Of a stretch of 64,000 bases of DNA, positions 39,865 to 53,439 are shown one piece after another. Position numbers and translations under genes: made by a program. The stretch is from the NCBI GenBank assembly GCA_951406725.2, contig OX597819.1, forward strand, positions 112,282,001 through 112,346,000. Reading direction: 5' to 3'. Source of the DNA: Octopus vulgaris (Eukaryota). Under the pieces are notes generated by a model. The model did not search any database. It had not been told where the DNA came from and saw only the letters and a program-made list of their open reading frames with translations. Each line of letters begins with the position of its first letter. The stretch's first letter is position 1.

Positions 39865-40027
39865 TATCTGTAAATGTAGTATGTGACAATTATTTGGTAG
39901 CCATGATAAAACAACGACTTTCGGATGTTGGGGTGGAAATCCACGCCACTATCTCTTCATCTTTCTGGCTATCGGAAAAAATTTTTTCCGATGGCCGGAT
40001 AATTGTCACATATTACATTTCCAGATA
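39865..40027. repeat. 163-bp unit with 29-bp terminal inverted repeats and an internal 36-bp palindrome
   Basis: 39865-39893 and 39999-40027 are reverse complements at 27/29. The palindrome tctggctatcggaaaaaattttttccgatggccgga (39964-39999) has two mismatched pairs. Confidence 0.8.
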
Positions 40028-41055
40028 TATATATATATATGTATGTATATATATTCCAGGTGTTACAAATTCAAAAGAAGCTATGTCTGACCACTTAGAA
40101 TAAAGAACTCAAAATAAATCTGAGAGTGAATGAAAATAATTAATCTGTAATCATCAGTTCACCAAAATAAATTTTGTCAGACTAACGATTATGGATTATA
40201 TACATATATACATATATATATATATATAAATATATTTGCTGTAATTATTATTGATTGTAAATAGATAACACCAGCTTGGTGAACAACTGACAAAGTGGTG
40301 CTGTCTGCTAACTGTAGACATTGCTTGCGGTGAATAGAATTCCAGATTAATCTTTAAAAGATGTAAAATAAAAAAAAATAATAGAAACAAAAAAAATATG
40401 AAGTAGAATCAGGAGTGAGGATGTTGTAAGGAGAGACGCTATATTGCATTATAGACCTATCATATCCAATCCAGTCCAACCCGGCCAATCATACAAAGGT
40501 AAAAAAAATGGACATGAAGAAAAATGCTACTCATTGTTTCGCCCCAGATCAAATGTGAATGAACTGGCCTAAGATCAGAAGTATTCTAAGTGTGATTATG
40601 ACATGATTTCTTTTTAAAAAGTGTCTTAGACTACAGAAACCAACATCGTTCTTCAGAGGTCATTGCTATTATTATTTACATGTGTATAATCCCCATTGTT
40701 CTTTGTCTTTGTAATGGCCTAAATGTTTGTCAGCCCATTAGGCCAATGAAGAAAGTATCATTTTTATTATTATTATTACTAGCTGACCTCGTGCCATCAA
40801 AAATGACAGCTAATTGTTGTATTTTATATATAAAAAGGGTACAAAAAGATGGAAAAAAGAAAATCAAACAGTGTGTCGACTTTGTATGAGTGTTAGTGTG
40901 TGTGTGTGTGTAAGTGTGTGTGTGTGTAAGTGTGTGTGTGTGTAAGTGTGTGTGTGTGTGTATACATTTATATGTATGAGTAGCACAGTCTGTAGCGAAC
41001 ACGGCTTTCTATACTTTATCATAGCCCGCTTCCTTCCTTTTCAAGTGAGTTTGTT

Positions 41056-41087
<32 letters not shown>

Positions 41088-42012
41088 CGTGTGTGTGTAA
41101 ATGCACGTGTCTGTAATTTTATTTTCTATGTAACTTTCTAAATAAACATACACAAACACATATACACTCACTCAAATATATAAATATATTTTACATGAAC
41201 ACATACACATTCACATTCCTCCCCTTTACATGCACACACATATAATGACACAGAGTTGAAACGCTGTTTGATTTTTGTTTCACTGTTGATTTTCATCATC
41301 CCACTTCCATCGGTGGATCACCCCTTCCTTTCTCATTCATATGTCGTGACGGAGAAATACACAAAAGTATTATAGTAGTTATTCTTAAAGTAGAAGATAC
41401 ATGATGCTCTCTTTGCCACTTCCTCTCTCTCATTGCTATTACTTTCTCTCACTCCCTCTCAGTCATGGTAATTACTCTCACTACTTCTCCTTCACTGAAT
41501 TACTATTTTCTCTCCTCTCCCTTTGACATTCATCTTTCCAGGATGGAGCTGATAGGATCAAGTAATACCAGTCAAGTACTGGGGCTGATTTTAACCAACT
41601 ATATTTTGTCCAAAATTGTGGACTTGGGTTTAAGTGAGAAGTGCTTGTTAATTTATCTACTTATAAAGCTATCTCTATCAAGTTCTTTCTTTCCCTCTCT
41701 CTCTCTCTTTATTTATCAATCTATCTTTTGTATCAGGGAGAGTGTGGGAGAGGGAAACAGAGAGGGGAAGGAGTAAGGATAAAAATGCACAAGACAACGG
41801 AAAGAGAGAGCAAGAGAGAGAGAAAGAAGAAGAGAAAGAAAGAGAGAGAAAGAAAGAAAGAAAGAAAGAAAGAAAAAAGAAAGAAGGAAGGAAACAAAGA
41901 AAGAGATAGAGCAAGCAAAAGACAGAATGAAATATGCAAAATAAAATTTTGAAGAATTAAAACATTAAAAATAAAATCGAAAACTCTCAACACTGCATGA
42001 CACAAGTTATTT

Positions 42013-42113
<101 letters not shown>

Positions 42114-42829
42114 CAGTTTAACAGACTGGAGCTGTGAAGCTTTATAAAAGATCACTCAAGTATGGTTGTAGCTTAATGGTGGTTGGTTACACCTTTGTGA
42201 GAGATCTTTGTTAGTGAGGGTTAGGGTTACGAAAGTGGCAACAAAACCATTAGGAATTTGGAAAAAAAAATCTGTTGCTTTGCCTCACTTTGCTTTGTTT
42301 TGATTCGATTTGTGCTCTGCTTTCACTTAATCACTTTTTAAAAATCACACATCAACCACAATCTTCTTCTGACACATCAGGTGAAGGCAGTCAAGCCAAC
42401 AGTGATAAGAATATTCAAATCCATCCTGTCTAGTCAACAACAAATCTCCACCAAAAACTAAAAAGACCTCTGAATATATAAAAAGATTTAATACAAAATA
42501 AATCCATCCACCATGTACCTCAACACCCCCACCCCCAAAAAAGATGAGGAAGTAAAGGTTAAAATTCACAATTGTTTTTAAATTCCCCAGCACCATCACA
42601 GACCCGACAACTAAAACAAACAATACATTATATAAATTAATAAAACATAAAACTTCAAGGAAGTATTTAAAACTGGCAGCATTATTGATGTTAGAGATTT
42701 TCTAGTAGCTTACATTTGATAAGCAGGATTAAGAAGTAACCCCCACCCCCAACTAAAAAAGATTAATTTGGAATTAAATATCTGTTAAATCACACACACA
42801 CACACACACTGAATCTTCATTTTTTTCTA

Positions 42830-43350
42830 TCCAATCATATTTCTGGTTCATCTATTTCATCTCATTCATTTTCATCAATTTATGTCTGTCTATTTGCTTG
42901 TTTTAATCAATTTATCTTCATATCATTAATTTTTCTATAAATTTTCCTGCTTGCATTCATTTCTATTTATTTTCCTGTTTTCTTCCAATTTTCATCAATT
43001 TTTAAAGTTTCATCCATTTCCAAGCAGTTTCATCTATGTTTCATCTAATTATTGTCAATTTTTATCTAGCTTTCATTAATTTTTATCCAATTTTCATCCA
43101 TTTATATAATATGGTCAATTTTTATAGTTTCACCCATTCTCATTTAGTTTCATCTATTGTCATGCAGTTTCATCTAATTTTCATCAATTTTTATCCACTT
43201 TGCACTAATTTTTATTAAATTTTCATCCTCTTATATAATTTCATCCATTTTTATGCAGTTTCATCTGTTTCATCGAACATTCATAATGCTTCAATTTTTA
43301 TACAGTTTCATCCATCTCAATACATGTCATCTGTTTTCATTTGTTTAACT
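42830..43350. repeat. Degenerate pyrimidine-rich ~11-12 bp tandem repeat
   Basis: Recurring tttcatc(c/a/t)a(a/t)t and ttttat(c/a/g) units. Confidence 0.7.
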
Positions 43351-45519
43351 TTCATTTTAATTTTTTTCTCTCCTCAGTTTTTCTCTTTTTTTTTATATAT
43401 TTTTCATTTTATTATATACAATTAGAATGTGTGTGAAGGCTCAGCAATTATGATCTTGACCACAACTTTTGGGGAGACAAAGAATGAAGGGGGCACCATT
43501 CGAGCATGATCGTTACCAACGTCACTTCATTGGCACCTGTGCCGGTGGCACGTGTAAAAAGATACGGGCGAGGTCATTGCCAGTACTGCCTGACTGGGCC
43601 CCTAGGCCGGTGGCATGTAAAAAGCACCCACTACACTCTCGGAGTGGTTGGCGTTAGAAGGGCATCCAGCTGTAGAAACTCTGCCAGATCAAGATTGGAG
43701 CCTGGTGCAGCCATCTGGTTCACCAGCCCTCAGTCAAAATCGTCCAACCCATGCTAGCATGGAAAGTGGACGTTAAACGATGATGATGATTTAAAAAGTG
43801 TCTTAGACTACAGAAACCAACATTTGGTAGCCATGATAAAACTCCGAGTTTCGGATGTCAAGGTGGAAATCCACGCCACTAATAAAGACAAGAAAGACAG
43901 AGGGATGATACAGAAGTACAGAAGGAGATAAAGAAGAGAAAGACAAAGGTGAAAGAAGAGACATTAGGAAAAGACACTTGTGGGGAACACAAAGAGAGAC
44001 GAATAAGAAAAAAATAAAAGGAGAAACAGAAAGCTGCAAAGAAAAGACAGAGAGTAAGAGAAAGAAACCAAAAGAAGATAACAACGGAGAAAAGGGGGAT
44101 TGCAAAAAAAAACCAAAAAAAAACAGAGACTGAGGAAAGAGAGAGAAACTAAGTGTTTATGAAAGAAGTGGTAAGGAAATGAAAGAAAATGAAAACAGGT
44201 TTATCTTCCCTGACAACACGATCCTATAATGTCATAGGTCATGTAACCAATCTACCAATAACTGGAGTTTCCATTTCCAAGCTGCAATGTAATAACAGCT
44301 AGATCTTGGCTTTCTTGTACTCTGTTTATAAAATCCACTATAGATCTTTGCTAGCCATTAATACAAATGAAGATGAAAAAAAAAATTCATGTCTGTAACA
44401 GCTTTTAAAATCTTAACACAATCTTTTACTTAAGGTAATGAACCGACAAAGGAAACTTTATAGTCAACCAGTCTGAGAAAAAATACTCTCCTACATTAAA
44501 AGGAATAAAATATTGGGTAATGTAGTCCTAGATACACTATGTGCAAATAAAAAAAAAACTGGATGATAACAGCTTTATCATAGATTGGTCAAACAGAGCT
44601 AATGTGCGTAAAAACAGAGATTTCCTTAACAGATTTACCAAACTACAGAATACAGTGACAGAGATACTAAACAGAACTGATACAGTAATGTCACACTAAA
44701 AACTCCAGTTCTCATTCAACCCTTGGCATTAAATACTGTCAAGCGAAGATAGTACTTAGATGGCCGACAACTTGGGAGACTTAGATCTTGTAGAAAAATT
44801 TAACTTACTTTAACATCTCGTATTTTACTATAATGCCACTTCCCTCTCTACTCTTGCCCTGCTCACTCAGAGGAGACCACACTAGTGCTGGAGCCACATA
44901 AGAGTAACCTCACTAGTGCCGGAGCCACATAAGAGCATCCAGTGTAAAGTGGTTGGTGTTAGGAAACCGTCTGGTCATACAAAAAGAAAACATGTCAAAG
45001 CAAACACTGGAGCATAATGCAGTCCTCAAGACAAGTTGGATCCTGTCAAACTGTCCAACTCATACAAGCATAGGAATTGGACATTAAAACATGAAGATGA
45101 TGATGACTTCTGATAGCATGTCTAACCAGAAAGAATCACTGAACATCAGTCAGCTGAAGGAAAAACAATAAAAAATGAAAGCAGAAAGTTACAAGAGGCA
45201 ATGCTTTCTTGCCTGAGGAATGTGTCTAAGAATGGGCAGAGGAAAGAGACATACCCATACCTCTTAAAAAAATCATTACTTTATTGCTGAAAAGTGGGTT
45301 ATTGGATTCCCTTTTATCATGTGCTTGGTAATAATATTAGTTAACTCTTCCAACAATAGGCTTCCTTTTAACTACAGTTATGTATTATTGGGGGTAAAAG
45401 CAGTTTTGTTTTTGTTTTTACTACCAAGCTATGAAACACTGCAACTGAGAGGTGTTAAATTATGAGCTTAACGGATATTAAATGCTGCATACCATCAGAT
45501 ATTCTGAAATAAACAACTA

Positions 45520-45720
45520 CATTATGGTATTGCAGGAAATACAATATATCATGGAATATGGCAGAGAAAGCAGTATATTATGGGATATTGCAAGAAAAAG
45601 CAGTATATTATGGTATATAGCAATAAATACACTATATTAAGAGATATTGCAGTAAATATAGAATATTATGAAATATTGTAGTAAATATTGAATATTATGG
45701 GATATTGCAAGATACACAGT
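45520..45720. repeat. ~29-bp minisatellite (about 6-7 units)
   Basis: Consensus approximately tattatgggatattgcagtaaatacagta. Confidence 0.8.
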
Positions 45721-46224
45721 TTATCACAGATTATTGCCAATATGTCACAGCCCATAAACAGGGGCCTCTTCACTGTTTTTGCATGTTTATTTCTCTCCAT
45801 CTTATCAGTCTCGCTATGCCTCCCCACCCCAATGGATCCCACATTTACACATCTACTCTATTCTTCTTCCCAAAATCTGTTAACCACCTGTCTAATTCTT
45901 TAATTACAAAATTTTAAGCTGGGCATCAGCATCATCAGTCCCATCAAAATAAAAGAGGGCACAAGAGTCAAGTTTGCTGCTCTCCTTAATCTTGATTAAC
46001 AATTCATAATGATTACCTTTAGTATAGACATGAGGTCACAAGTTTGAGGGAAGGGGTTCAGTCAATTATTGGAGCAAGAATTTCACTAATACTTATTTTA
46101 TCACACTCCAGGAAAAATTAAAGAGAAGGCTGAACCTAGTGTGATGAAGTCAGAATTTAAAAGGATGTAATTAAATACTACTTGTCCCTTTACTAATTCT
46201 GCCATTCTAATGCCCTTAATAATA

Positions 46225-48018
46225 ATTCTTTCTATTAAAGGCACAAAGGGTCTGAAATTTTGTAGGAGGGGAATAGTTGGTTACATTGACTCCAGTGCCC
46301 TTCACCCCTTTGGGGGTCGAAAAAATACCAAAGTCAACTTTGGCAGGATTTGAACACAGAATGTAAAAGCAGATAAAATATCACCAAGCATGTTGTCTAG
46401 CACAGTAACGATTCTGCCAGTTCACTGTTTACTAAAAATAATGATTTTGATGAAGATAATGATTTTTCTAAATTTGACAACAATTAGACAAACAAACAAA
46501 CAAACATGACTGAAAACAATACCTCCACCTTTGTGAAGGCAGAAGTAATAATGATTTCAAATCTTGGCAGAAGGCCAACAAGTTCAGGGATGGGGGTTAA
46601 GTTGATTACATCAATCCCATTGCTCATGTGGCATTTATTTTATCAACCCTTAAAAGGATGAAAGGCAAAGTCAACCTTGGTAGGATTTGAACTCAGAACA
46701 AAGAAATAAAGATGAAGATAATTTCAAATTTTGGCACAAAACAAGCAATTCCAGGAAGGGCTTAAGTCGATTACATTGACCCCAGTATTCAACTGGTACT
46801 TATTTTATCAACCCCAGAAGGATGAATGGTAAAATGGACCTCAACAAAATTTGAACTCAGAACATAAAGGTGGACAAAGTACTATTAAGCATTTTGCCCA
46901 GCATGTTAATAATAATAATAATAATGGTTTTAAATTTTGCCACAAGGGCAGCAATTTTGGGGTAGCAGATGAGTCAATTACATCGACTCCAATGTTCAAC
47001 TGGTACTTATTTTGTCAACGCCAAAAGGATGAAAGGTAAAGTCAACCTTGATGGAATTTGAACTCAAAACATAGCAATGGGTGAAATACTGCTAAACATT
47101 TCGTCCAGCATGCTAACGATTCTACCAACTTGCATAATAATAATATTAATAATAATGATAATGATAATTGTTTCTGGCTGAGATACAAGACCAGTAGTTT
47201 TGCAGTGGAAGGGTTCAGTTGATGCCTAGTATTTAGCTATCACTCCTTATATTAACCTCAAAAGAACTGGAGATAAAGTTAACCTCAGCAAGTGGACTTA
47301 ATCACTCATCATTCATAGCAATACAGGAGGAGGAAAAGAGGAAGAATTCAATTTTTCTAACATCACCACATTTTAAAGGATGGGGCAGAGCCAATTACAT
47401 CAACCCCAGTACTTGATTGGTACTTATTTCATTGACCTAGGAAGGATAAAAGGCCAAACTGACCCAGCGGGATTTGAACTCAATAACACTGAAAGGCATA
47501 AGAAAAACTTGCAAAGCATTTAGTATTTTGTTCAACCATTTCCGGCAATCCACAACCATCATCATAACAATCATAATAGTAACATTAATATTTTCGTTTC
47601 TGCAATTAATTCAATGAAGCAATGCAGTCCCTGAGTCATTCACTAAATTATCCTAATGCAGATGTAGTGAAAGGGAAATACAAATCATAGGAAAATTAAC
47701 AATTTGATTCATTAGGACAGAAAGAGAACATGGAAACTGAGAGAGCTGTGTGCATGTGCGCATGTGTGTATGTGTGTGTGTACACAAATATGTGTAAAGA
47801 AATAGACACACACATGTGGAAGAATGCATGCATTTATTGGTTTGAATAATTTTGAATGTCAGAGTTTAGTAAGGGAAAAGCAACAAAAACAACTGTAATA
47901 ATTATAAGCTTTTCTATAGTAATAATGGTCATTTTATATTTAAGTCCACATGGCTACACCAATTTGAGTGAAGTGGTACTGTTGATTGAATCAACCTTAG
48001 TGCATGACTAATAATACC

Positions 48019-48060
<42 letters not shown>

Positions 48061-49208
48061 TAATAATAATAACAATAATAATAAAAATAATAATGATAAT
48101 AATAATCCTTTCTATTAAAGACATTTTGGGAGAGGGGACTAGTTGATCACATCAACACCAGTGCGTAACTGGTACTTTATTGACCTCAAAAGGATGAAAA
48201 GCAAAGTCAACCTTGACAGAATTTGCACTCAGAATGTAAAAATGGGCAAAATGCTGCTAAGCATTTTGCCCGGCATTCCGCCAGCCTGCCACCTAATAAC
48301 AATAACAATAATGATATAAAAATATCAAAATCCTCTTTGGTCACAAATGACCATGGGATTGCACCTAGAAAGTTCCTCTCCAAGGTACAAGTCCAGGCAA
48401 GGTTATTTGTGGAAGACCAGCTGTCGCCCATGCATACCAGCCTTTCCTCTCCACCCCACCAATGTTATCCAAGGGAAAGGCAAAGATCAATACAGCTTGG
48501 CACCAGTGACATCACAACTCATCTCTACAGCTGAGAAAACTGGAGCAACATGAAACAAAGTGTCATGCTCAAGAACACACAACCCAATCCAGGAATCGGA
48601 GTCACAACCTCACAATTGTAAGCTCTAACCACTGAGCCACACACCTCCAATATTAAAAATCCTTTCTACTTAGGGCACAAGGCCTGAAACTCTGGGAGAG
48701 GGGCTAGTCAATCATACCAACCCCAGTGTTTTACTGGTACTTATTTTATCAACACCAAAAGGATGAAAAGCAAAATTTGAACTCAGAGCACAAAGACAGA
48801 AGGGATGTCACCAAGCATTTTGCCTGGTGTGCCAATCATTCTGCCAGCTCAATGGTTTCAAATTTTGTCACAAGGGAAGTAGTCTTGTGGTAGGGGATGA
48901 GTTGATTACAGTGAACCCAGTGTTCAACTGGAACTTATTTTATTGACCCTGAAGGGGTGAAAGGCGAAGTCAACCTCGGCAGAATTTAAACTCAGAACGT
49001 AAAGACAGGTTTCAAATTTTTGGGACTAGCAATCTGAGGGAAGCGAGTAAGTCAATTACATTTACCCCAGCACTCAGCTGCTACTTATTTCATCAACCCC
49101 AAAATGATGAATGGTAAATTCTCAGCACAATTTGAAGTTAGAACATAATACCAGAAGAAAAGCCACTAAGCATTGTGCCCAGTGTCCTAAGGATTCAACC
49201 AGGTCACC
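46225..49208 (-). mobile_element. Cluster of at least 9 same-orientation SINE family A copies
   Basis: Copies at ~46225-46430, 46553-46700, 46722-46908, 46925-47133, 47380-47520, 48105-48293, 48660-48850, 48855-49008 and 49009-49208, separated by (AAT)n-rich linkers or directly abutting. Confidence 0.85.
48328..48649 (-). mobile_element. tRNA/CORE-like SINE, family E
   Basis: Minus-strand head tggaggtgtgTGGCTCAGTGGttagagc, then ttcttgagcatgacactttgtttcatgttgctccagt (CORE-like), and tail ..gcaatcccatggtcatttgtgaccaaagagg. A related fragment lies at ~10090-10262. Confidence 0.75.
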
Positions 49209-49399
49209 CTGAAATACAAGTCACAAAGAATGATCTGTGATCATCCAGAGCTTTGGGGAGAATACAAAATGACACTCTTAAACAGTATTCTAAATACCAA
49301 GAAACCCCAAAATATCAGAACTACAAAAATACAGGTCCCTTGGGTAATGTCCACATCCCAAGGAAAATACTGTCAATCAGAAAATACCTGATTCTTTTA

Positions 49400-49623
49400 A
49401 ATTTTTTGTTGCCGTATTTATTTTGAGATGTTCTGTGTTTCTTTCAATAAATTTTAAATATAATAAAGAATTTAGTAAAATAACTTAGTTATCATTAAGC
49501 TGGTGTTAGGAACATAAATTGTGACTAATGTTTGGTGGAAGACTTTCATTCAAAGCTTAGGAAAAACAAGACATTTGTACTACAGAGCCAGGGGTGGTTT
49601 CAGCCAGATTGGTACCAAAAGGG
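49400..49623. mobile_element. Second piggyBac-type MITE with a degraded left end
   Basis: Right end ..ggtaccaaaaGGG|TTAA. Left end ttaaattttttgttgcc is a decayed ttaacccttttg.tacc. A matching terminal fragment ttaacccttttgataccaaccc lies at ~33608. Confidence 0.6.
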
Positions 49624-50235
49624 TTAAAACACAAAATTGCGATTACAACAAACTTTCAACAAAATTCTAATTCTCAGTACTTGATCTACTTTTTAGTGGA
49701 GAGTGGAGAACCTCAGTATTTGGCTGGTATTTTATTTTATTGAACCCAGAAGAGTAAAAAGCAAATTTGACATCACCAGGATTTGAACTCAGAACCTAAA
49801 ATGTCAGAACAAATTCTGTGAAAAATTTTTCTGATGCTCCAATAATCCAACCATTGCATTGCCCAAATCTTTCATCGCAATAATGCAATGTAAGCAGGAG
49901 TCCCTGTACAGCTCATGTAACATATTCCCAATACTGTCACCACCCAATACTATAACACAGCCCATTAGTGTACACTTTATACAATCAACACCCAATAAAA
50001 TAACACAAGGACATATTCCTACATAATCGATACATGATGCTATAATAACATCGACAAGCCACATACTGCTCAGTTGTGATCCAATATAATAACATAATCT
50101 ATGCTACACATGTTCTATGCAACCACTATCTGATATTAAAACACAACTCACACAGCACACAGGAAACACTCTCACAATCCAACAAAATTTTATGATTCAC
50201 ATACTCTACTCAACAAATATATGAAACACTTAAAA

Positions 50236-50335
50236 CAGTGCTTCTCAACCATTTTTTTTTCACCTATGGACCCTTTGATTCCTATTTTACTCAGGTAGAC
50301 CCTCCTAGCCATTTGACTTTTAAAAAATCTTATTA
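50236..50335 (+). mobile_element. hAT-type MITE left-end fragment
   Basis: Begins CAGTGCTTCTCAACC, like Charlie-type hAT TIRs (CAGTGGTTCTCAAC). No right TIR found. Confidence 0.4.
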
Positions 50336-50337
50336 TA

Positions 50338-50485
50338 GGTGCAGGCATGGTTGTGTGGTAAGAAGCTTGCTTCCCAACCACATGGTTCTAGGTTCAGTCT
50401 CACTGTGTGACACCTTGGGCATGTGTCTTCTACTACAGCCTCAAGGTAATCAAAGCTTGGTAGACGGAAACTGAAAGAAGCCTGT

Positions 50486-50534
<49 letters not shown>

Positions 50535-50950
50535 CATCATCATCATCGTTTAACATCCACTTTCCATGCTAGCATGGGGTTGACGATTTGACTGAGGGCT
50601 GGCAGACCAGATGGTTGCACCAGGCTCCAATCTTGATCTGGCAGAGTTTCTACAGCTAGATGCCCTGCATAATGCCAACCACTTAGAGAGTGTAGTGGGT
50701 GCTTTTACGTGCCATCGGCACGAGGGTCACTCAGGCAGTACTGGCAACAACCTTGCTCAAATCATTTTACACATGCCACCACCACTGGTGCCAATAATGC
50801 TATGCTGGTAACAATATATATAAAAGAGACTGACAGAATAAGTACCAGACTTTAAAAAAATAAGTATTGGGGCTGATTTGTATAACTAAACTTTTTGAGA
50901 TATTCCTCAGTTTGGCTGTAGTCCAAAGAGAGAAACAAGTAAAATATAAA
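50338..50950 (+). mobile_element. SINE family B interrupted by a family C insertion in its central microsatellite
   Basis: Head at 50338-50490, family C (-) at 50534-50790, tail at ~50815-50950. Confidence 0.75.
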
Positions 50951-51552
50951 AAATAAAGATGAAGCATAGGTGGGACACACACATACGCACACACACACAC
51001 ACAGAAGGCTTCATCACAGTTTCCATTTATCAGATTCACTCACAAATCATTAGTCAGCCTGGGGCTATCATTGAAGACACTTGCCCAAGGTGCTGCACAG
51101 TGAGATTGAACCTGAAACAACACAGTTGAAAAGTGAGCTTCTTAACCAGACAGCCATACCTGAACCATGTTAATTTATGTTCTAAACATTGATTTAATTA
51201 TGACTGCTGGTGGCACATAAAAGCACCCACTACAGTCTCGGAGTGGTTGGCACTAGGAAGAGCATCCAGCTGTAGAAACTCTGCCAGATCAGATTGGAGC
51301 CTGGTACAGCCTTCTGGTTCGCCAGTCCTCAGTCAAATCATCCAACCCATGCTAGCATGGAAAGCGGACATTAAACAATGATGATGATGTTTCACTAAGT
51401 TCCTCACAATTTTCTGAATGAAATTAAAACAAAAATTGTTAAATGAAATATGGTAGTGAAAAATGTTAATGGTATCAATCTCACCAGTGTAGGAGGGCCG
51501 ACACAAACACTACCGGCACTGACCCTTCTTCCAGAACCAGCAAGTAAAAACC

Positions 51553-51930
51553 ATCATCATAATAATAATTTAATGTTTGTTTCCCATGCTAGCATAGGTT
51601 GGACAGTTTGACAAGAGCTGGTAAGGTCCCAGTTGCATGTTTTGACTTGGTTTCTACAGCTGGATACCCTTCCTAACAGCAACCACTTTACAGAGTTTAC
51701 TGGGTGCTTTTTACATGGCACCAGTACAGTTGCTTTTTACAATGGCATCAGCACCAACAGGATCACTGAGTAACTTACAAAGCTAAAACATCTTCCACTG
51801 GCAGAAGAGCATTAACCAAGGTGGTGGATATCCATTCTGCTATGGTGGGTGAGTCTTCTTAGAGCAAGACACCAGATATCTCAGTCCTTTGTCATCTCCT
51901 TCATAAAGCTCATATTTTGATGAAGGGTTG
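51553..51930 (-). mobile_element. RTE ORF2 extreme C-terminus contiguous with the family C 3' block
   Basis: The minus strand reads ..MKEMTKD*DIWCLAL*KT-like (compare RTE EEMTKDR..WR.AV.EKT) and runs into ggttgctgttaggaagggtatccagctgtagaaacc..cctatgctagcatgggaaac. Confidence 0.6.
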
Positions 51931-52209
51931 TAAGTATATTCAGTTGGTCCTTTTTTTTTGTGCCCTTTTAAAGCCTAGCCAGGCTTACAATCTTACAATC
52001 ATGATGCTGACATCCTAACCACTAAGCCACGCGCCTCCACAGTTGGTCCTTTGCTGATATTTTATTTCATGACCACCACCACCCAAAACAACAACAATCA
52101 AATTTAACTCAAGCAGAATTCAAACTGAGAACTGAGTGAGACAACTAAATTCAGACATGCATTTAATGTGATGTTCTACTACTTTCTGTACTGCACTACC
52201 TTAGATACA

Positions 52210-52455
52210 GTGGAAACACTGGCAGATTGTTACGGAAGAAGGACTTGAAATGTAATAGATGCACAGTAATTAGCAATAAGAATGCACATAAAAGCAAGTC
52301 CATAAACAGTTCAGGAAGACCAACTGTGATGTATTATAGTTACTGTCACTTGGGTAACCTTATCAAGAAACCTGATTGGTATAGTAGTTACGATAAGACA
52401 GAGTAGAAAAGTTCAAAGAGCTGATAACCCTGTAAGCAACAAAGAGCTTTCTTGA
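52210..52455 (+). mobile_element. Highly degenerate RTE RT fragment
   Basis: ..KCNRC..SYCHLGNL..KFKELITL*ATKSF resembles RTE FCYLGD...KFRELLPLL.TKG. Confidence 0.5.
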
Positions 52456-52657
52456 GTAAATGAAAGAAGCCTTCATGGTCACTTAATCTGCTAGAATAGC
52501 AGTCAAATCATATTCCACTGCCTTAAAATGAAAATACATTGCTTAATGTAGTCCAAGATAAACTATTTGAATAGAAAGATAGGATGGCCATTTAATTATA
52601 AGGCAACAGGATCAAGGATGATCTGGGTTAAACGATAATGAAGAACAATTTCTCTCA

Positions 52658-52697
<40 letters not shown>

Positions 52698-53439
52698 TTC
52701 CTTCTCTATCTATCTTTGTGTAAGAGATGCAGTATGAAACAAACTATAAGAAGTGTGATGTTTTATCATAGAAAATGTGGCAGCTCAGCAAAGGCTGGAG
52801 CAGGAGTGGATTTTCTTCTTTTTCCTCATCTACTAGCATAAAACTGACCCTCACTCCCGGGTTCAAACTACAAGACAGCCTCGCTGGTGCTGGTGGCACG
52901 TAAAAAGCACTCAGTTCATTCTTGTTGGCACTAGGAAGGGCATTCAGCCACAGAAACCATGCCAAAGCAGACACTGGAGATTTCGGGCCCATGAGATCCA
53001 ATCCATGCCAGCATGGAACATGAACACTAAATAATGATGATGCTGGATGAAAAAGTTTACATTTATTTTCATAAGTCCTCCAAGACCAATAAGATCAATG
53101 CAGTTAATATTCCTCTTGAACAGCAGAAAGTTGAGAGCTACAGGAATAACATGTGCAAAGACAGGATTCCAGAAAGCAAGTGGAAAGGACAGAGTAAAGT
53201 TGCTAGTGAAGAACCTAAAGAGATAGAATATGGGTGATAGAAAGAAGAGAGATGACTGTCTGGATGAAGGTAACATGAAATCAATTAGCTCTGATGGGGT
53301 AAAACCTACTATAGTGAGTGGTAGTAGAAAAAGCAGCAAGAGTAAACAGTGTCTGTGGGCCAGGAGTTGGGGTGTGATGGTAACTTCATCCTAATCAGTC
53401 AATAGCTTTCTTTTCTTTTCTTCTTGTTTTATGTGGTCT

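Noticed and set aside
51485-51540. Possible minus-strand exon ending CTG|GTGAGA
   Set aside because: No credible acceptor, and it abuts a retroelement tail.
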